Shown: positions 46,012 to 55,369 of the stretch, piece by piece
Layout: every line of letters starts with the position of its first letter
Position numbering within the stretch: the stretch's first letter is position 1
Source: an uncultured Gemmatimonadales bacterium
GTDB lineage: Bacteria > Gemmatimonadota > Gemmatimonadetes > Gemmatimonadales > GWC2-71-9
Assembly (NCBI GenBank): GCA_963757525.1
Contig: CAVWRM010000001.1
Coordinates: forward strand, 1,463,125-1,527,124
Reading direction: 5' to 3'
DNA: 64,000 nucleotides
Program-made: the position numbers and the translations under genes
Notes under the pieces: generated by a model
What the model saw: the letters and a program-made list of their open reading frames with translations, nothing else
The model's database searches: none
What the model was told of the DNA's origin: nothing

Positions 46012-46374
46012 GATGCGATCGCCCCGAGATTGACTGGTGATCAGCTTCGGGACGATGCGTCGTGCTCGCCGCGCGATGGTGCGGCCGGAATAGCGGATCG
46101 GACGCGACGGGATGCGATGCGGCACCGCGGGAAGGCGATGCGACGCGGCGGGAAGACGATCGGGATGAACGGCGGCGCGACCCGGCGGGCCGGGAACGCG
46201 ACCGGTCAGCCCGGGGAACGATGCGATCGGCCGGCATGGAGGCCGGGCGGACGGGAACACGATGCGACGGGCCGGGGATGCGATCGGATCGCTGAAGGTC
46301 GCGACGCGATCGATCGGGGAGGGGCCCGGATCGAGGAGGAACGCGATGCGATCGGGCAAGGATTCGATGCGATC
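46012..46374 (+). repeat. Array of at least 10 same-orientation GATGCGA(T/C) motifs (iteron-like)
   Basis: Motif starts read at 46012, 46054 (variant), 46111, 46137, 46220, 46261, 46277, 46303 (variant), 46345 and 46366. The motif is often extended to GGGAAnnCGATGCGATCGG. Spacing is irregular, 16-83 bp. Confidence 0.8.
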
Positions 46375-46460
46375 GCGGCCCAGCCGGCTCGGTTGTCCGC
46401 CAGTTCTACTGGAATGTATCGGGAACAGCGGTGCCGGGCTTCCGCCGGTCAGGGACCCGT

Positions 46461-46520
46461 CGCCCCGAGCAGTGATCCTCGAGAGCACCCTGTGTCAGCG
46501 ATGGGGAATACGGCGCCGGG
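46461..46520 (+). repeat. 59/60-bp direct repeat, copy 1
   Basis: cgccccgagcagtgatcctcgagagcaccctgtgtcagcgatggggaatacggcgccggg. It is identical to 46771-46829 except for one extra G. Confidence 0.9.
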
Positions 46521-46770
46521 CTTTCGCTCCGGGCAGGGACCGTCTCGCTCGGGGCGCTCCAGTCTGCTCCGCTCGGAGCCAGCAAACTGCGCTGTCTCCT
46601 CGTCTCCGCCGACTGACGCGCGCCCTCGCGACCCGATCCCTGACCCGTCGCCGCGAGCAGCGGTGTTGGCGGCGCGAGCCGGAGGGATAGGGGTTCGAAG
46701 GCGACGACCCAGGGGGGTGGCGGTGTGGTTGTCGCGGTCGGCGCCGGAGAGCCCCTGTCCCTCCGGTGAG

Positions 46771-46829
46771 CGCCCCGAGCAGTGATCCTCGAGAGCACCC
46801 TGTGTCAGCGATGGGAATACGGCGCCGGG
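46771..46829 (+). repeat. 59/60-bp direct repeat, copy 2
   Basis: Same sequence as 46461-46520 minus one G. A degenerate partial copy lies around 46636-46665. Confidence 0.9.
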
Positions 46830-46850
46830 CGGCGAGGCCTGGCCCGAGCC

Positions 46851-47675
46851 TCAGAGCCTTCGATACCGCACCTGGAGCACGAAGAACAGCCCGTAGCAGA
46901 TCAACCCGAGCGCCGCCGCGGCGAGCAGCAGCCGACCGTTGCCTAGGCTCGAGAGCAGCCAGAGCGCATCCGCCCACTCTCTCACCTCCGACGGGTCGTA
47001 CTGGACTGCCACCTGCACCAGCGACCATCCGGTGATCAGCGAGAGGACGCCAAGGGTCACGTAGCCGACCGTTCCGCTCACGACCGTCACGAGCCGCGCG
47101 GGTCTCGACATGCCGGACGTGAGCAGCCGCCGGAACCGGCGCATGATGGCGAGCCGAAGCTGGAACACCCCCGCCGTCATGACGATCAGGCCCGCGAGCC
47201 CGACGAGCATGCGCCCGACGTGGGGAGTGAGCACGGTGGCGAGGAGGCGCTTCAGGTCGAGGCCGCCGCCTTTCCACCCGAACACCAGTTTGACAGCCGC
47301 GAAGGTCAGCAGCGTATAGCCGATGCCGGTCGCGAAGAGCCCCAGTCGCTCCGCGATGCCCTGGAAGCTCTTTCCTTTCCGCTCCGGATCAAGGACGGCG
47401 CCCACGAACATCCAGACCGCGTATCCCGCGAGCCCGGCGGCCAGCACCGCGAGCATCCATCGCCCGAACGGCTCCCCCAGGACCGACTCGACCGCACCTT
47501 GCTGGCCGGTGATCTCCCCGCCCTTTCGCAGAGCATACCGCAGGGCCAGGCCGCCGACCATCATGGTCACGAGCCCCTTGGCCGCGAAACCGATCCTGGT
47601 CACGACATCGATCACCGGGGCGGTGCTGCCGCTCGTGCGTTGAAGGCCGGGGTGGCTGATGTCGGGGTGGCTCAT
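46851..47675 (-). CDS. DUF1206-type membrane protein
   Basis: Track ORF 46851..47921 trimmed to ATG 47675. Three repeats of the paired-helix unit (GFAAKGLVTMMVGGLALRYAL, LGLFATGIGYTLLTFAAVKLV, VSGTVGYVTLGVLSLITGWSLV). Confidence 0.65.
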   Translation of the reverse strand: MSHPDISHPGLQRTSGSTAPVIDVVTRIGFAAKGLVTMMVGGLALRYALRKGGEITGQQGAVESVLGEPFGRWMLAVLAAGLAGYAVWMFVGAVLDPERKGKSFQGIAERLGLFATGIGYTLLTFAAVKLVFGWKGGGLDLKRLLATVLTPHVGRMLVGLAGLIVMTAGVFQLRLAIMRRFRRLLTSGMSRPARLVTVVSGTVGYVTLGVLSLITGWSLVQVAVQYDPSEVREWADALWLLSSLGNGRLLLAAAALGLICYGLFFVLQVRYRRL

Positions 47676-47820
47676 GATATAAGGTAAATCGCCGAGGACC
47701 TCCGCCACCCGAGGAAGGTCGCGATCAAAACGGGAGGTTGGAAGGCGCCCAAGGTGACCCATCCCACCGACACTGGCCAGCCCAAGGGAGATCGTGCAGA
47801 GCGCACCCCGGGGAGGACCG

Positions 47821-48699
47821 ATGAAGGCGCTCAGGATGGCTGTTACCGGATTCGTCGCGATCACCGCATGCTCCCGATCCGCCCCGGAACGTGGGACCGA
47901 GGCCAGCCGGACACCCGACACCTACCACGAGGCCGCCGCAGCTCGGCAGGGCTTGGTCCCCCTGAGCGCCGTGCCCCAGTCCGGGCCCGCCTCACCCCCG
48001 GCCTCGGCGCGAGCCTCCGCCGGGCGTCCAGCTCCCCGGAGCCAGGGTTCCGAGTCCGTGATCGTGGATACATCCCCCTATGCGACCGCGGAACGCGATA
48101 CCGGCATAACCACTGATACGATGGGCTATCGCGCGTACTCGGGCGCCGATGGCGCTCGATCGGCCGGCCCCGGACGCGCCAATGCCGTCGTGGTGGGCAC
48201 GGTGATTCATGTGAGCCTCCGGGACTCGATCGACTCGAAGCGCGATTCGAGCGGGAAGGAGATTTCCGGGATGGTCATGCAGAACGTCACCGGACCGGGC
48301 GGAGAGGTCCTGGTGCGCGCGGGATCGCCGGTGATGCTCACCATCTCCCGCCTCCGGCCGGGCCGCGGCAGCGGCCAGGGCGCCATCGAGGTCCATCCCG
48401 ATTCGATTACGCTCGAGGGCCGCATGCGAAAGCTGGAGGCCACGATCGCGTCGGTGCCGTACGAGCTCAGAGGCCGCGGCGTGACCGGTGAAGATGCGGC
48501 CAAGGTCGGGATCGGGACGGTGGGCGGCGCCGTGGTGGGCCGAGTGATCACCGGCAAGACCAAGGGCGCCGTCGTCGGCGGCGTGGTCGGCGCGGCGGGT
48601 GGCGCCGTGGTCGCGTCGCAGACGGCGGCAAAGGACGTGGTGGTAGGGGCTCGAACGCCGGTCGAGATGGTGCTCACCGCTCCGCTCGTCGTCCGCTAA
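47821..48699 (+). CDS. Lipoprotein with a C-terminal glycine-zipper segment
   Basis: ATG 47821 with GGGAGGA upstream and lipobox FVAITAC. Glycine zipper GIGTVGGAVVGRVITGKTKGAVVGGVVGAAGGAVVA. Confidence 0.55.
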   Translation: MKALRMAVTGFVAITACSRSAPERGTEASRTPDTYHEAAAARQGLVPLSAVPQSGPASPPASARASAGRPAPRSQGSESVIVDTSPYATAERDTGITTDTMGYRAYSGADGARSAGPGRANAVVVGTVIHVSLRDSIDSKRDSSGKEISGMVMQNVTGPGGEVLVRAGSPVMLTISRLRPGRGSGQGAIEVHPDSITLEGRMRKLEATIASVPYELRGRGVTGEDAAKVGIGTVGGAVVGRVITGKTKGAVVGGVVGAAGGAVVASQTAAKDVVVGARTPVEMVLTAPLVVR

Positions 48700-50351
48700 C
48701 CCCTCAGCCGCACCCGCGGGCCGATGCGCAGCTCATGTCCTTCGTGCGAAAGAAGAACCTCTGCCACGGGGCGGGCCTCCCGGGAACGGGGTTGGTGCAT
48801 GACCCACCACTCCTCCGCTCGCTGGGCGGTCCATGCCGAGGTCAGGGGAACGCGGTCCAGGCGGGCGCTGAACGCATCCGCGCTCGGTGGACGCCGCGCA
48901 GGCTCCTTCTCCAGACACTCCATGACGAGATCCTCGAGCGACGCCGGGATGGGCAGCTCGATCCGCGTCGATGGCCTCGTCGGGGGCGCCTGTGCGTGCT
49001 GGATCATCACCTGCATGACGGTCTCGCCCTCGAAGACCATCGTGCCGGTGAGGAGCCAGTAGGCGACGCAGCCCAGCGCGTAGAGGTCGACCCGATGATC
49101 GGTGTCGGTGGCGCCGAGGACCACCTCGGGCGCCATGTAGCCGGGTGTGCCGCTCCAGCTGCTTTCGCCGCTGAGGTTGACGGCATCACGGTCGGCGCGC
49201 CGAGCGCTGTCGAGCTTGACGAGTCCGAAGTCGAGCACTTTGACGAAATCGAAGGTCGTGCCGGCCCGACTGAGGACGATGTTCGCGGGCTTGATGTCGC
49301 GGTGCACCAGGCCGTTGGCGTGTGCGTCCTGGAGCGCCGAGCAGACCTGGGCCAGGATGTGGACGACACGCTCAGCCGGAAGCGGCCCGTGCTGCCGGAC
49401 GAGTGTGTCGAGGTCGAGACCGTCGAGCAGCTCCATCACGTAGTACAGCCGCCCATCCTCGGCGACGCCGAAATCGTAGAGTTGGACCGTGTGCGGGGAC
49501 GTGAGCGCCGCTGTGGCGCGCGCTTCCCGCTCGAAGCGCCGCATGAGCAGCTCGGGGTCGCCGGACGCGGCTGCCACCGCCTGGGGGCGGATGAGCTTGA
49601 TCGCCGCTGGCCGGATCAGCAGGCGGTGGCGCGCGCGCCACACTTCTCCCATGCCACCTCCACCGATCCTGTCTTCGAGGAGATACTGCCCCAGCTCGGT
49701 CGCTTCGACGACCTGCCGTCGAAGTCCGTACAGGACGCGTGAAACGATGGTGGCCAGCGTGGTCCCCAGAACGCTCCAGAGTACGGTGTTGAGCGTCATG
49801 TGCAGCTTCTGATAGCCCGCGCTGAATCCGGGAAGGAACGCCGTGGGGTGATGACGAGTGATGCACACGACAACCGCCGGGGCGAAGACCAGGGCCGAGA
49901 GCAACAGGGTTCGCCCCGGCCTGGAGGGCATCAGGATGGCGCGGACCATGACCGTGACCGTCAGGGCCAGCAGCGTCTGCAGGATCTGCCCCTCGTCCTC
50001 GATCGTCATGAGAGAGAGGAACCCGCCGGCCACGACGAAGCTGACGGCGTCGAGCGCTCCCAGGCTCCATAACGAGAGCCTGGCCCGAGTCGCCAGCAGC
50101 CAGAGCAGGGCCATCGTCAAGCTGGCGAGAAGGTGTCCGAGCGCCACCGGTCCGCGCACCACGGCAAGGAAGGGCGCGCCGCCGATCAGCGTCAGACTGG
50201 CGAGGAGGAAGAGGTAGAACCCGAACGACACGAGGAAGAGCGTCTTGCCGAGCAGCGCCAGGCGCTCCCGCACGAATCCCAATCCGCCGGACGTGTCGAA
50301 TCCCCGCTCGAGGAGGGGAGGCGCCGGAGGGTGGCTCGCGATGGTAGTCAT
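48696..50351 (-). CDS. Polytopic membrane Ser/Thr protein kinase (N-terminal multi-TM region, C-terminal kinase)
   Basis: About 6 TM helices in the first 210 aa. Then GGGGMGEVWRA, AIKLI, HRDIKPANIV, DFG and GTPGYMAPE. Confidence 0.85.
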   Translation of the reverse strand: MTTIASHPPAPPLLERGFDTSGGLGFVRERLALLGKTLFLVSFGFYLFLLASLTLIGGAPFLAVVRGPVALGHLLASLTMALLWLLATRARLSLWSLGALDAVSFVVAGGFLSLMTIEDEGQILQTLLALTVTVMVRAILMPSRPGRTLLLSALVFAPAVVVCITRHHPTAFLPGFSAGYQKLHMTLNTVLWSVLGTTLATIVSRVLYGLRRQVVEATELGQYLLEDRIGGGGMGEVWRARHRLLIRPAAIKLIRPQAVAAASGDPELLMRRFEREARATAALTSPHTVQLYDFGVAEDGRLYYVMELLDGLDLDTLVRQHGPLPAERVVHILAQVCSALQDAHANGLVHRDIKPANIVLSRAGTTFDFVKVLDFGLVKLDSARRADRDAVNLSGESSWSGTPGYMAPEVVLGATDTDHRVDLYALGCVAYWLLTGTMVFEGETVMQVMIQHAQAPPTRPSTRIELPIPASLEDLVMECLEKEPARRPPSADAFSARLDRVPLTSAWTAQRAEEWWVMHQPRSREARPVAEVLLSHEGHELRIGPRVRLRG

Positions 50352-50354
50352 GGT

Positions 50355-50455
50355 GGCGAATTCTAGGGCGAAATGACGAAATGGCGAACCGCCTATCCAG
50401 CTACTGGTTTCGCCCTTTCGCCCTCTCGCCTTTTCGCCTTTTCGCCCGTTCGCCT
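50355..50455. repeat. TTCGCC-type octamer arrays in both orientations within a divergent kinase-kinase intergenic region
   Basis: Direct array at 50408-50455: tttcgccc tttcgccc tctcgcct tttcgcct tttcgccc gttcgcct. Inverted array at 50366-50389: gggcgaaa tgacgaaa tggcgaac, plus ggcgaa at 50355-50360. Confidence 0.9.
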
Positions 50456-50474
50456 TATCCTAGATGCACCCCTC

Positions 50475-53099
50475 ATGACCCAACCTCCCTCCCGCCTCGC
50501 GGCCGCCCTGGCCGACCGCTACCGCATCGAGCGCGAGCTCGGCGCCGGCGGCATGGCGACGGTCTACCTCGGGCACGATCTCCGCCACGACCGGAAGGTC
50601 GCCATCAAGCTGCTCAAGCCCGAGCTCGCCGCCGTGATCGGCGCGGAGCGGTTCCTGAGCGAGATCCGAACCACCGCCAACCTCCAGCATCCGCACATCC
50701 TGCCGCTGTTCGACTCGGGTGAGGCCGACGGCTTCCTCTTCTACGCGATGCCGTTCGTCGAAGGCGAATCGCTGCGCGACCGGCTCGCGCGGGAGAAGCA
50801 GCTGCCGGTGGGCGACGCGGTCCGGATCGCCACCGAGGTCGCGAGCGCCCTCGACTACGCCCACCGCCACGGCGTCATCCACCGGGACATCAAGCCCGAG
50901 AACATCCTGCTGCACGATGGCTCGGCGCTCGTGGCCGACTTCGGTATCGCGCTCGCTGCCAGCAAGGCCGGCGGGACCCGCATCACCGAGACCGGTATGT
51001 CGATCGGGACGCCGCACTACATGTCGCCCGAGCAGGCGATGGGTGAGCGCGAGATCACCGCCCGGAGCGACATCTACGCGCTCGGCGCGGTCACTTACGA
51101 GATGCTGATCGGCGAGCCGCCCTTCACCGGTCCTACCGCGCAGGCCATCGTGGCCCTGGTGCTGACCGAGGACCCGCGGCCGCTGCTCCCCCGCCGGCGC
51201 TCCATCCCGCCCGAGGTCGAGGAGGCCGTCCTCACCTCGCTCGAGAAGCTCCCGGCCGACCGGTTCGCCACCGCGCACGAGTTCGCCGAGCATCTCGGCG
51301 CCGAGCGGACCAGCCGCCGCACAGGCGCCCGCGCGCGTGCCACCGCGGACGCGCCATCGTGGCGCCGATCGGCCGTGCTCGTGGCGGGCGGCGCCGCACT
51401 CATCGTTGCGGGCTATCTCGCCGGCGCTCGCCGGTCGCACAGCGCCGCGCTGCCGATGAGCTTCGGCTCCGTGGACAGGGTGACCTGGGATCCCGCCCTC
51501 GAGGTGCTGCCGGCGATCTCCCCCGACGGGAGAACGGTGGCCTACGCGAGCGGCACGCCGGTCCGCATGCGGGTGTTCGTCCGGCCGGTGGCCGGCGGCC
51601 GCCGCATCGCGCTCACCGACGACACGACCCAGGTCCAGTCGCATCCGCGCTGGTCGCCCGACGGAAGCCGGGTGCTCTTTCTCGAGCGGGGCGGCGTGGT
51701 GAGCGTGCCCGCCAGCGGCGGCGCCGAGACCGCGGAAGTGCCGCCGGGGCGAACCGGGCCGGTGATCTCGGCGGCGTGGGCGCCCGACGGCAAGCGGATC
51801 GCGTACGTGATCGGCGACTCGGTCTTCGTCCACGAGCCTCGCGGCGATTCGCACGGAATCGCCCGGGTGTTCGAGGCCCACGGCTGCGCCTGGAGTCCGG
51901 ACGCGGCACAACTCGCGTGCGTCTCGGGCAACGCCATCGCGCTCACGCCGGGGACCCTGTTCGGCAACGCCTCGCCCAGTCGGGTGGTGAGCGTGCGCGT
52001 GAGTGATGGCCGGGTCGTGCCGGTCACCGACAGCCTCTTTCCCAACCTGAGCCCCGCGTGGTCGCCCGACGGGCGCTGGGTCTACTACGTCTCCAGCCGC
52101 TTCGGTCCGCGCGACATCTTCGCCCAGGCGGTGGCCGGGGGAGCGCCGCGCGGGCCGGCGCTCCGGCTCACCACCGGCCTCAACGCCCACACCATCTCGC
52201 TCTCGGCGGACGGCAGGCGGATCGCGTATGCCGATCTCGCCATCGAGAGCAATGCCTGGTCCATCCCCGTGCCGGCACACCTGCCGGTCCCGGCGTCGAG
52301 CGCGATCCAGCTCACCCACGGGTCCCAGTTCGTCGAGACGACCCAGCTCTCCCGCGACGGCCACTGGGTGTACTACGACTCCGACGTGAGCGGCAACATG
52401 GACCTGTACCGCATGGCGCTGCCCGCCGGCGCGCCCGAGCGGCTCACCGCCGACTCGAGCGACGACTTCTGGCCCACACCGTCGCCCGACGGCCGTGAGG
52501 TCTCGTTCCACTCCTGGCGGGGAGGCTCGCGCGACATCTGGGTCATGCCGCTCGACGGCGGCCCGCTGCAGCGGGTGACCTCCTCGCCCGCCCAGGAGGC
52601 CATGGCCATGTGGGCGCCCGACGGGGATCAGCTTTCCTACTCGCTCTTCACGGAGCGGGGCGGCATCTGGACGGCGCGCCGGGTGAACGGCGCCTGGCAG
52701 AAGCCGGTCGAGCGCCTCGGCTGGGGCTTCTTCGCCAACTGGTCGCCCGACGGCCGCACGCTCGCCTTCGGCAGCTCGCTCACGAGTGGGTCGCTCTGGA
52801 CCATGCCGGCCGACTCGGGCGCACCCCGGCTCCTGGCCGACACCACCGGGCCTCGAGCGCTGCTGGGGGACCAGGTGCGATGGAGCGACGACGGCCGCTC
52901 CGTCTATACCCGGAACGCCGACGCGACCGGCACGACGTTCTGGCGCATCCCGCTCGGTGGTGGCACACCCGAGCGGATCGTGACGCTCGAAGGAGGACAG
53001 CGTTCGTCCGGCGGGTGGGGCAACGCGGCGGGCCGGCTGGTCTACGCGGTATCCGAAGAGCGGAGCGACCTGTGGGTCATGGAGGTCCGGACGCCGTAG
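50475..53099 (+). CDS. Ser/Thr protein kinase fused to a TolB-like beta-propeller
   Basis: Track ORF 50373..53099 trimmed to ATG 50475 (MTQPPSRLAAALADRYRIERELGAGGMATVYL). Kinase motifs HRDIKPENIL, DFG and [12 protein letters not shown] helix AVLVAGGAALIVAGYLAGA. Many WSPDG repeats follow. Confidence 0.9.
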   Translation: MTQPPSRLAAALADRYRIERELGAGGMATVYLGHDLRHDRKVAIKLLKPELAAVIGAERFLSEIRTTANLQHPHILPLFDSGEADGFLFYAMPFVEGESLRDRLAREKQLPVGDAVRIATEVASALDYAHRHGVIHRDIKPENILLHDGSALVADFGIALAASKAGGTRITETGMSIGTPHYMSPEQAMGEREITARSDIYALGAVTYEMLIGEPPFTGPTAQAIVALVLTEDPRPLLPRRRSIPPEVEEAVLTSLEKLPADRFATAHEFAEHLGAERTSRRTGARARATADAPSWRRSAVLVAGGAALIVAGYLAGARRSHSAALPMSFGSVDRVTWDPALEVLPAISPDGRTVAYASGTPVRMRVFVRPVAGGRRIALTDDTTQVQSHPRWSPDGSRVLFLERGGVVSVPASGGAETAEVPPGRTGPVISAAWAPDGKRIAYVIGDSVFVHEPRGDSHGIARVFEAHGCAWSPDAAQLACVSGNAIALTPGTLFGNASPSRVVSVRVSDGRVVPVTDSLFPNLSPAWSPDGRWVYYVSSRFGPRDIFAQAVAGGAPRGPALRLTTGLNAHTISLSADGRRIAYADLAIESNAWSIPVPAHLPVPASSAIQLTHGSQFVETTQLSRDGHWVYYDSDVSGNMDLYRMALPAGAPERLTADSSDDFWPTPSPDGREVSFHSWRGGSRDIWVMPLDGGPLQRVTSSPAQEAMAMWAPDGDQLSYSLFTERGGIWTARRVNGAWQKPVERLGWGFFANWSPDGRTLAFGSSLTSGSLWTMPADSGAPRLLADTTGPRALLGDQVRWSDDGRSVYTRNADATGTTFWRIPLGGGTPERIVTLEGGQRSSGGWGNAAGRLVYAVSEERSDLWVMEVRTP

Positions 53100-55262
53100 C
53101 TACGGTCGCGCCTCGAGCTCGACGACCGCCGCACGCCGGATCGCGGGAAGGCGGAGCAGGAGGCCGCGAGCGGCCAGGGTCGCGCCGGTGGCCGGCCTCA
53201 TCCGGTGCCCGTCCATCGTGACCTCGTACACCGCGTGGGGGAGAAGCCCGCGGAGTCTCAGCGTGAGAGCCCCGGAGCTCCGCGCCAGACGATAGGCCAG
53301 GACTACCGCACGCCGGCTGACAGGCTGCACGTATTCCAGCGCCGTCCATCCGGTCGGCGCATTCCGTGAGGGCGGTGGTGTCAGATGGTAGACATCCGCC
53401 CCGGTGATGGTGCCGCGAATGCGCCGGTAGAGGGCGACGTTGGCCGCGGCGCGTTGTCGTACGGCCGCGCTCCACTCCGGGATCCGTCCTGAGATGCCGA
53501 ACTGGCCGTTCATCGGGACGCGCAGCATGAAGTCCCACCAGCCCGGCGGTCTGGTCGAGTCCACCACGCCGCTGTCCGCATCGCCGACCATCCAGTGGTT
53601 GCAGACCTCGGGCGCGAACTGCACCGTGCAGCCGTAACCCAGCGCGACCGACGCCATCGGGTCCACCACATCGGACAGCCAGGCCGTATGCGTGTGCGCC
53701 ATGACGCCGAGGTCGAGCCGCAGTCCGCCGCTGGAACAGTTCTCCAGGACCAGGTCCGGGTGCGCGGCGCGGACGGTATCCAGCCACGCGTAGTAGGCGG
53801 TCAGATGATCGTGGAGCCGGCGACCCGATTGTCCGCGTCGCGCCGGGTCGACCCGATCGCCCACGTCGATGTTGTAGTCGATCTTGATCCAGTCGAGCCG
53901 GTACCGGGTTACCAGGCGGTCGACCGTGGCCGTCGCCCAGTGCCGCACGGCCGGGATCGCGAAGTCGAGCTGGCAGCGATTCGCGGTGATCCAGGGCCTT
54001 CCGCCGTACGGCAGGCACCACTCGGGATGCTCGCGGAAGAGGCGCGACTCGGTTCCGGCGTTCTCGATCTCGACCCAGAGCCCGAACTTCATGCCCTTGT
54101 CGTGGACGTGGTCGGCCAGCTCCTCCAGTCCGTGGGGGAACTTGTCGGGATCGGGCTCGTAATCGCCCAGGGTCCGCTCCCAGTCGCCGCTGGTGTACCA
54201 CCCCGAGTCCAGCACGTACACCTCGGCGCCGATCGCGGCGGCGGCGTCCGCGGCCTGGATGGTGTTGGTGATGTCGACCGCCGGACCGAGCGGAAACCAG
54301 GTATTGAACTGCACCAGCGGCGGCTCGTTCGTCCTCGCGCGGGGCACCAGGTAACGGCGCTGATAGCGATGCATCCGGTTCGCGGCGTCGTCCAGGTCGC
54401 CGGTCGTCGCGGTGAAGACGGCGCGCGGCAGGGTGATGCTGTCGCCCGGAAGCAGGGTCAGCGGGCCGCCGAAGTCGTTGTGCATGCCGAGCTCGACCCG
54501 AAGCGGCTGGTCGCCGAGCGGGGCCGCGCCGGTGCCGGGCCGGCGCTCGGCCTGCATCCACCAATTTCCCGACCACGCCAGCTCGGCGATGTACTCGACG
54601 CCCAGCGTCCGGTTCCGGAGTGAGAGCCATGGCACGTAGCCGTTGGTCGATCGCCCGCGGGTCTGCTCGAATCGTCGCGCACCGGCCGCGAGCGTCTCCA
54701 TGGCGAGCTGCCGCTCCTGTCCCCAGCTTCCCCAGAGATAGCGCAGAGTGTAGTCGCCGCCGGAAAGCTCCCAGCTGATGCTGGGCAGCCGCGCGACAAC
54801 CAGGGCACGGTCGCCCCGGTTGGTGAGTCTGATCTCTCGCGAGAAGACGCCGGTCGCTCCCCACGCGGTATAACGCACCTCCAGTTGAATCGGAAGGCGC
54901 AGGTGGACGAAACGAAGCCGGAGCTCGTTCACCTCCGGAGACACCGGCACCACGGAGTCGGAGAGTAGCCGAAGGGACGCGGGCTCGAGCACCTGATCGG
55001 CGGCGACGCCGGTCAGGTCACCGCGTGACGGCTGCGCCGTGTCGGGCGCCGCGCCCATGCGCGACGTCGGGCCGAAGTAGTCGAAGGCGACCCCCTGGTC
55101 CCGGCGAAACAGGCGATACGAGACCGGGCCCGAGGTCAGGGTCCAGGTGCGGGCCGCCGAATCGTATGCGATGTGCTGTGCCGCCGCGCGGGTCGACCAG
55201 GCCGTCGCGACGAGCAGCCCCGCGAAGAGCTGGTGAAGAGACATGGGCGTGGAAGCTACCAT
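53100..55262 (-). CDS. Secreted GH36 alpha-galactosidase
   Basis: LDWIKIDYN (nucleophile-region K-x-D) and ENCSSGGLRLD (SGGGR-type acid/base region). Signal peptide MSLHQLFAGLLVATAWSTRAAAQ. The start is ATG 55262 or 55244. Confidence 0.85.
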   Translation of the reverse strand: MVASTPMSLHQLFAGLLVATAWSTRAAAQHIAYDSAARTWTLTSGPVSYRLFRRDQGVAFDYFGPTSRMGAAPDTAQPSRGDLTGVAADQVLEPASLRLLSDSVVPVSPEVNELRLRFVHLRLPIQLEVRYTAWGATGVFSREIRLTNRGDRALVVARLPSISWELSGGDYTLRYLWGSWGQERQLAMETLAAGARRFEQTRGRSTNGYVPWLSLRNRTLGVEYIAELAWSGNWWMQAERRPGTGAAPLGDQPLRVELGMHNDFGGPLTLLPGDSITLPRAVFTATTGDLDDAANRMHRYQRRYLVPRARTNEPPLVQFNTWFPLGPAVDITNTIQAADAAAAIGAEVYVLDSGWYTSGDWERTLGDYEPDPDKFPHGLEELADHVHDKGMKFGLWVEIENAGTESRLFREHPEWCLPYGGRPWITANRCQLDFAIPAVRHWATATVDRLVTRYRLDWIKIDYNIDVGDRVDPARRGQSGRRLHDHLTAYYAWLDTVRAAHPDLVLENCSSGGLRLDLGVMAHTHTAWLSDVVDPMASVALGYGCTVQFAPEVCNHWMVGDADSGVVDSTRPPGWWDFMLRVPMNGQFGISGRIPEWSAAVRQRAAANVALYRRIRGTITGADVYHLTPPPSRNAPTGWTALEYVQPVSRRAVVLAYRLARSSGALTLRLRGLLPHAVYEVTMDGHRMRPATGATLAARGLLLRLPAIRRAAVVELEARP

Positions 55263-55369
55263 GCCGTGTACCGGGCCGGGGTGACTCGCGCGAGTCTCCT
55301 CCGGCGCGCATTTTTGAGTCACCGATGACCGATCCCCGGTTCCACCTTGCGACCGCCCCAGGAACACAC

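Noticed and set aside
46012-46374. Possible CRISPR array.
   Set aside because: The repeats are only 8-20 nt, degenerate and irregularly spaced (16-83 bp), with no unique spacers of constant size and no cas genes in the window.
46680-46705. tRNA-like GGTTCGAA string.
   Set aside because: No acceptor stem, D-arm or anticodon arm could be built around it, and the T-loop context is wrong (GGTTCGAAGG).
45790-46785. 331-aa ORF covering the repeat-rich region, with CxxC-like strings at its N-terminus.
   Set aside because: Third-codon-position GC is clearly lower than in real genes here. The translation is Arg-rich, and its periodicity follows the DNA motif GATGCGAT. I treat the region as non-coding, but a database search could overturn this.
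53097-53102. The stops of two convergent genes abut within the palindrome GTAGCTAC.
   Set aside because: TAG followed by its reverse complement is automatically palindromic, with no flanking stem or other signal.
53077-54864. 595-aa ORF (and 53595-54623 on the plus strand) overlapping the alpha-galactosidase gene.
   Set aside because: These are alternative frames of a clearly recognisable GH36 gene, and the composition is noise-like.
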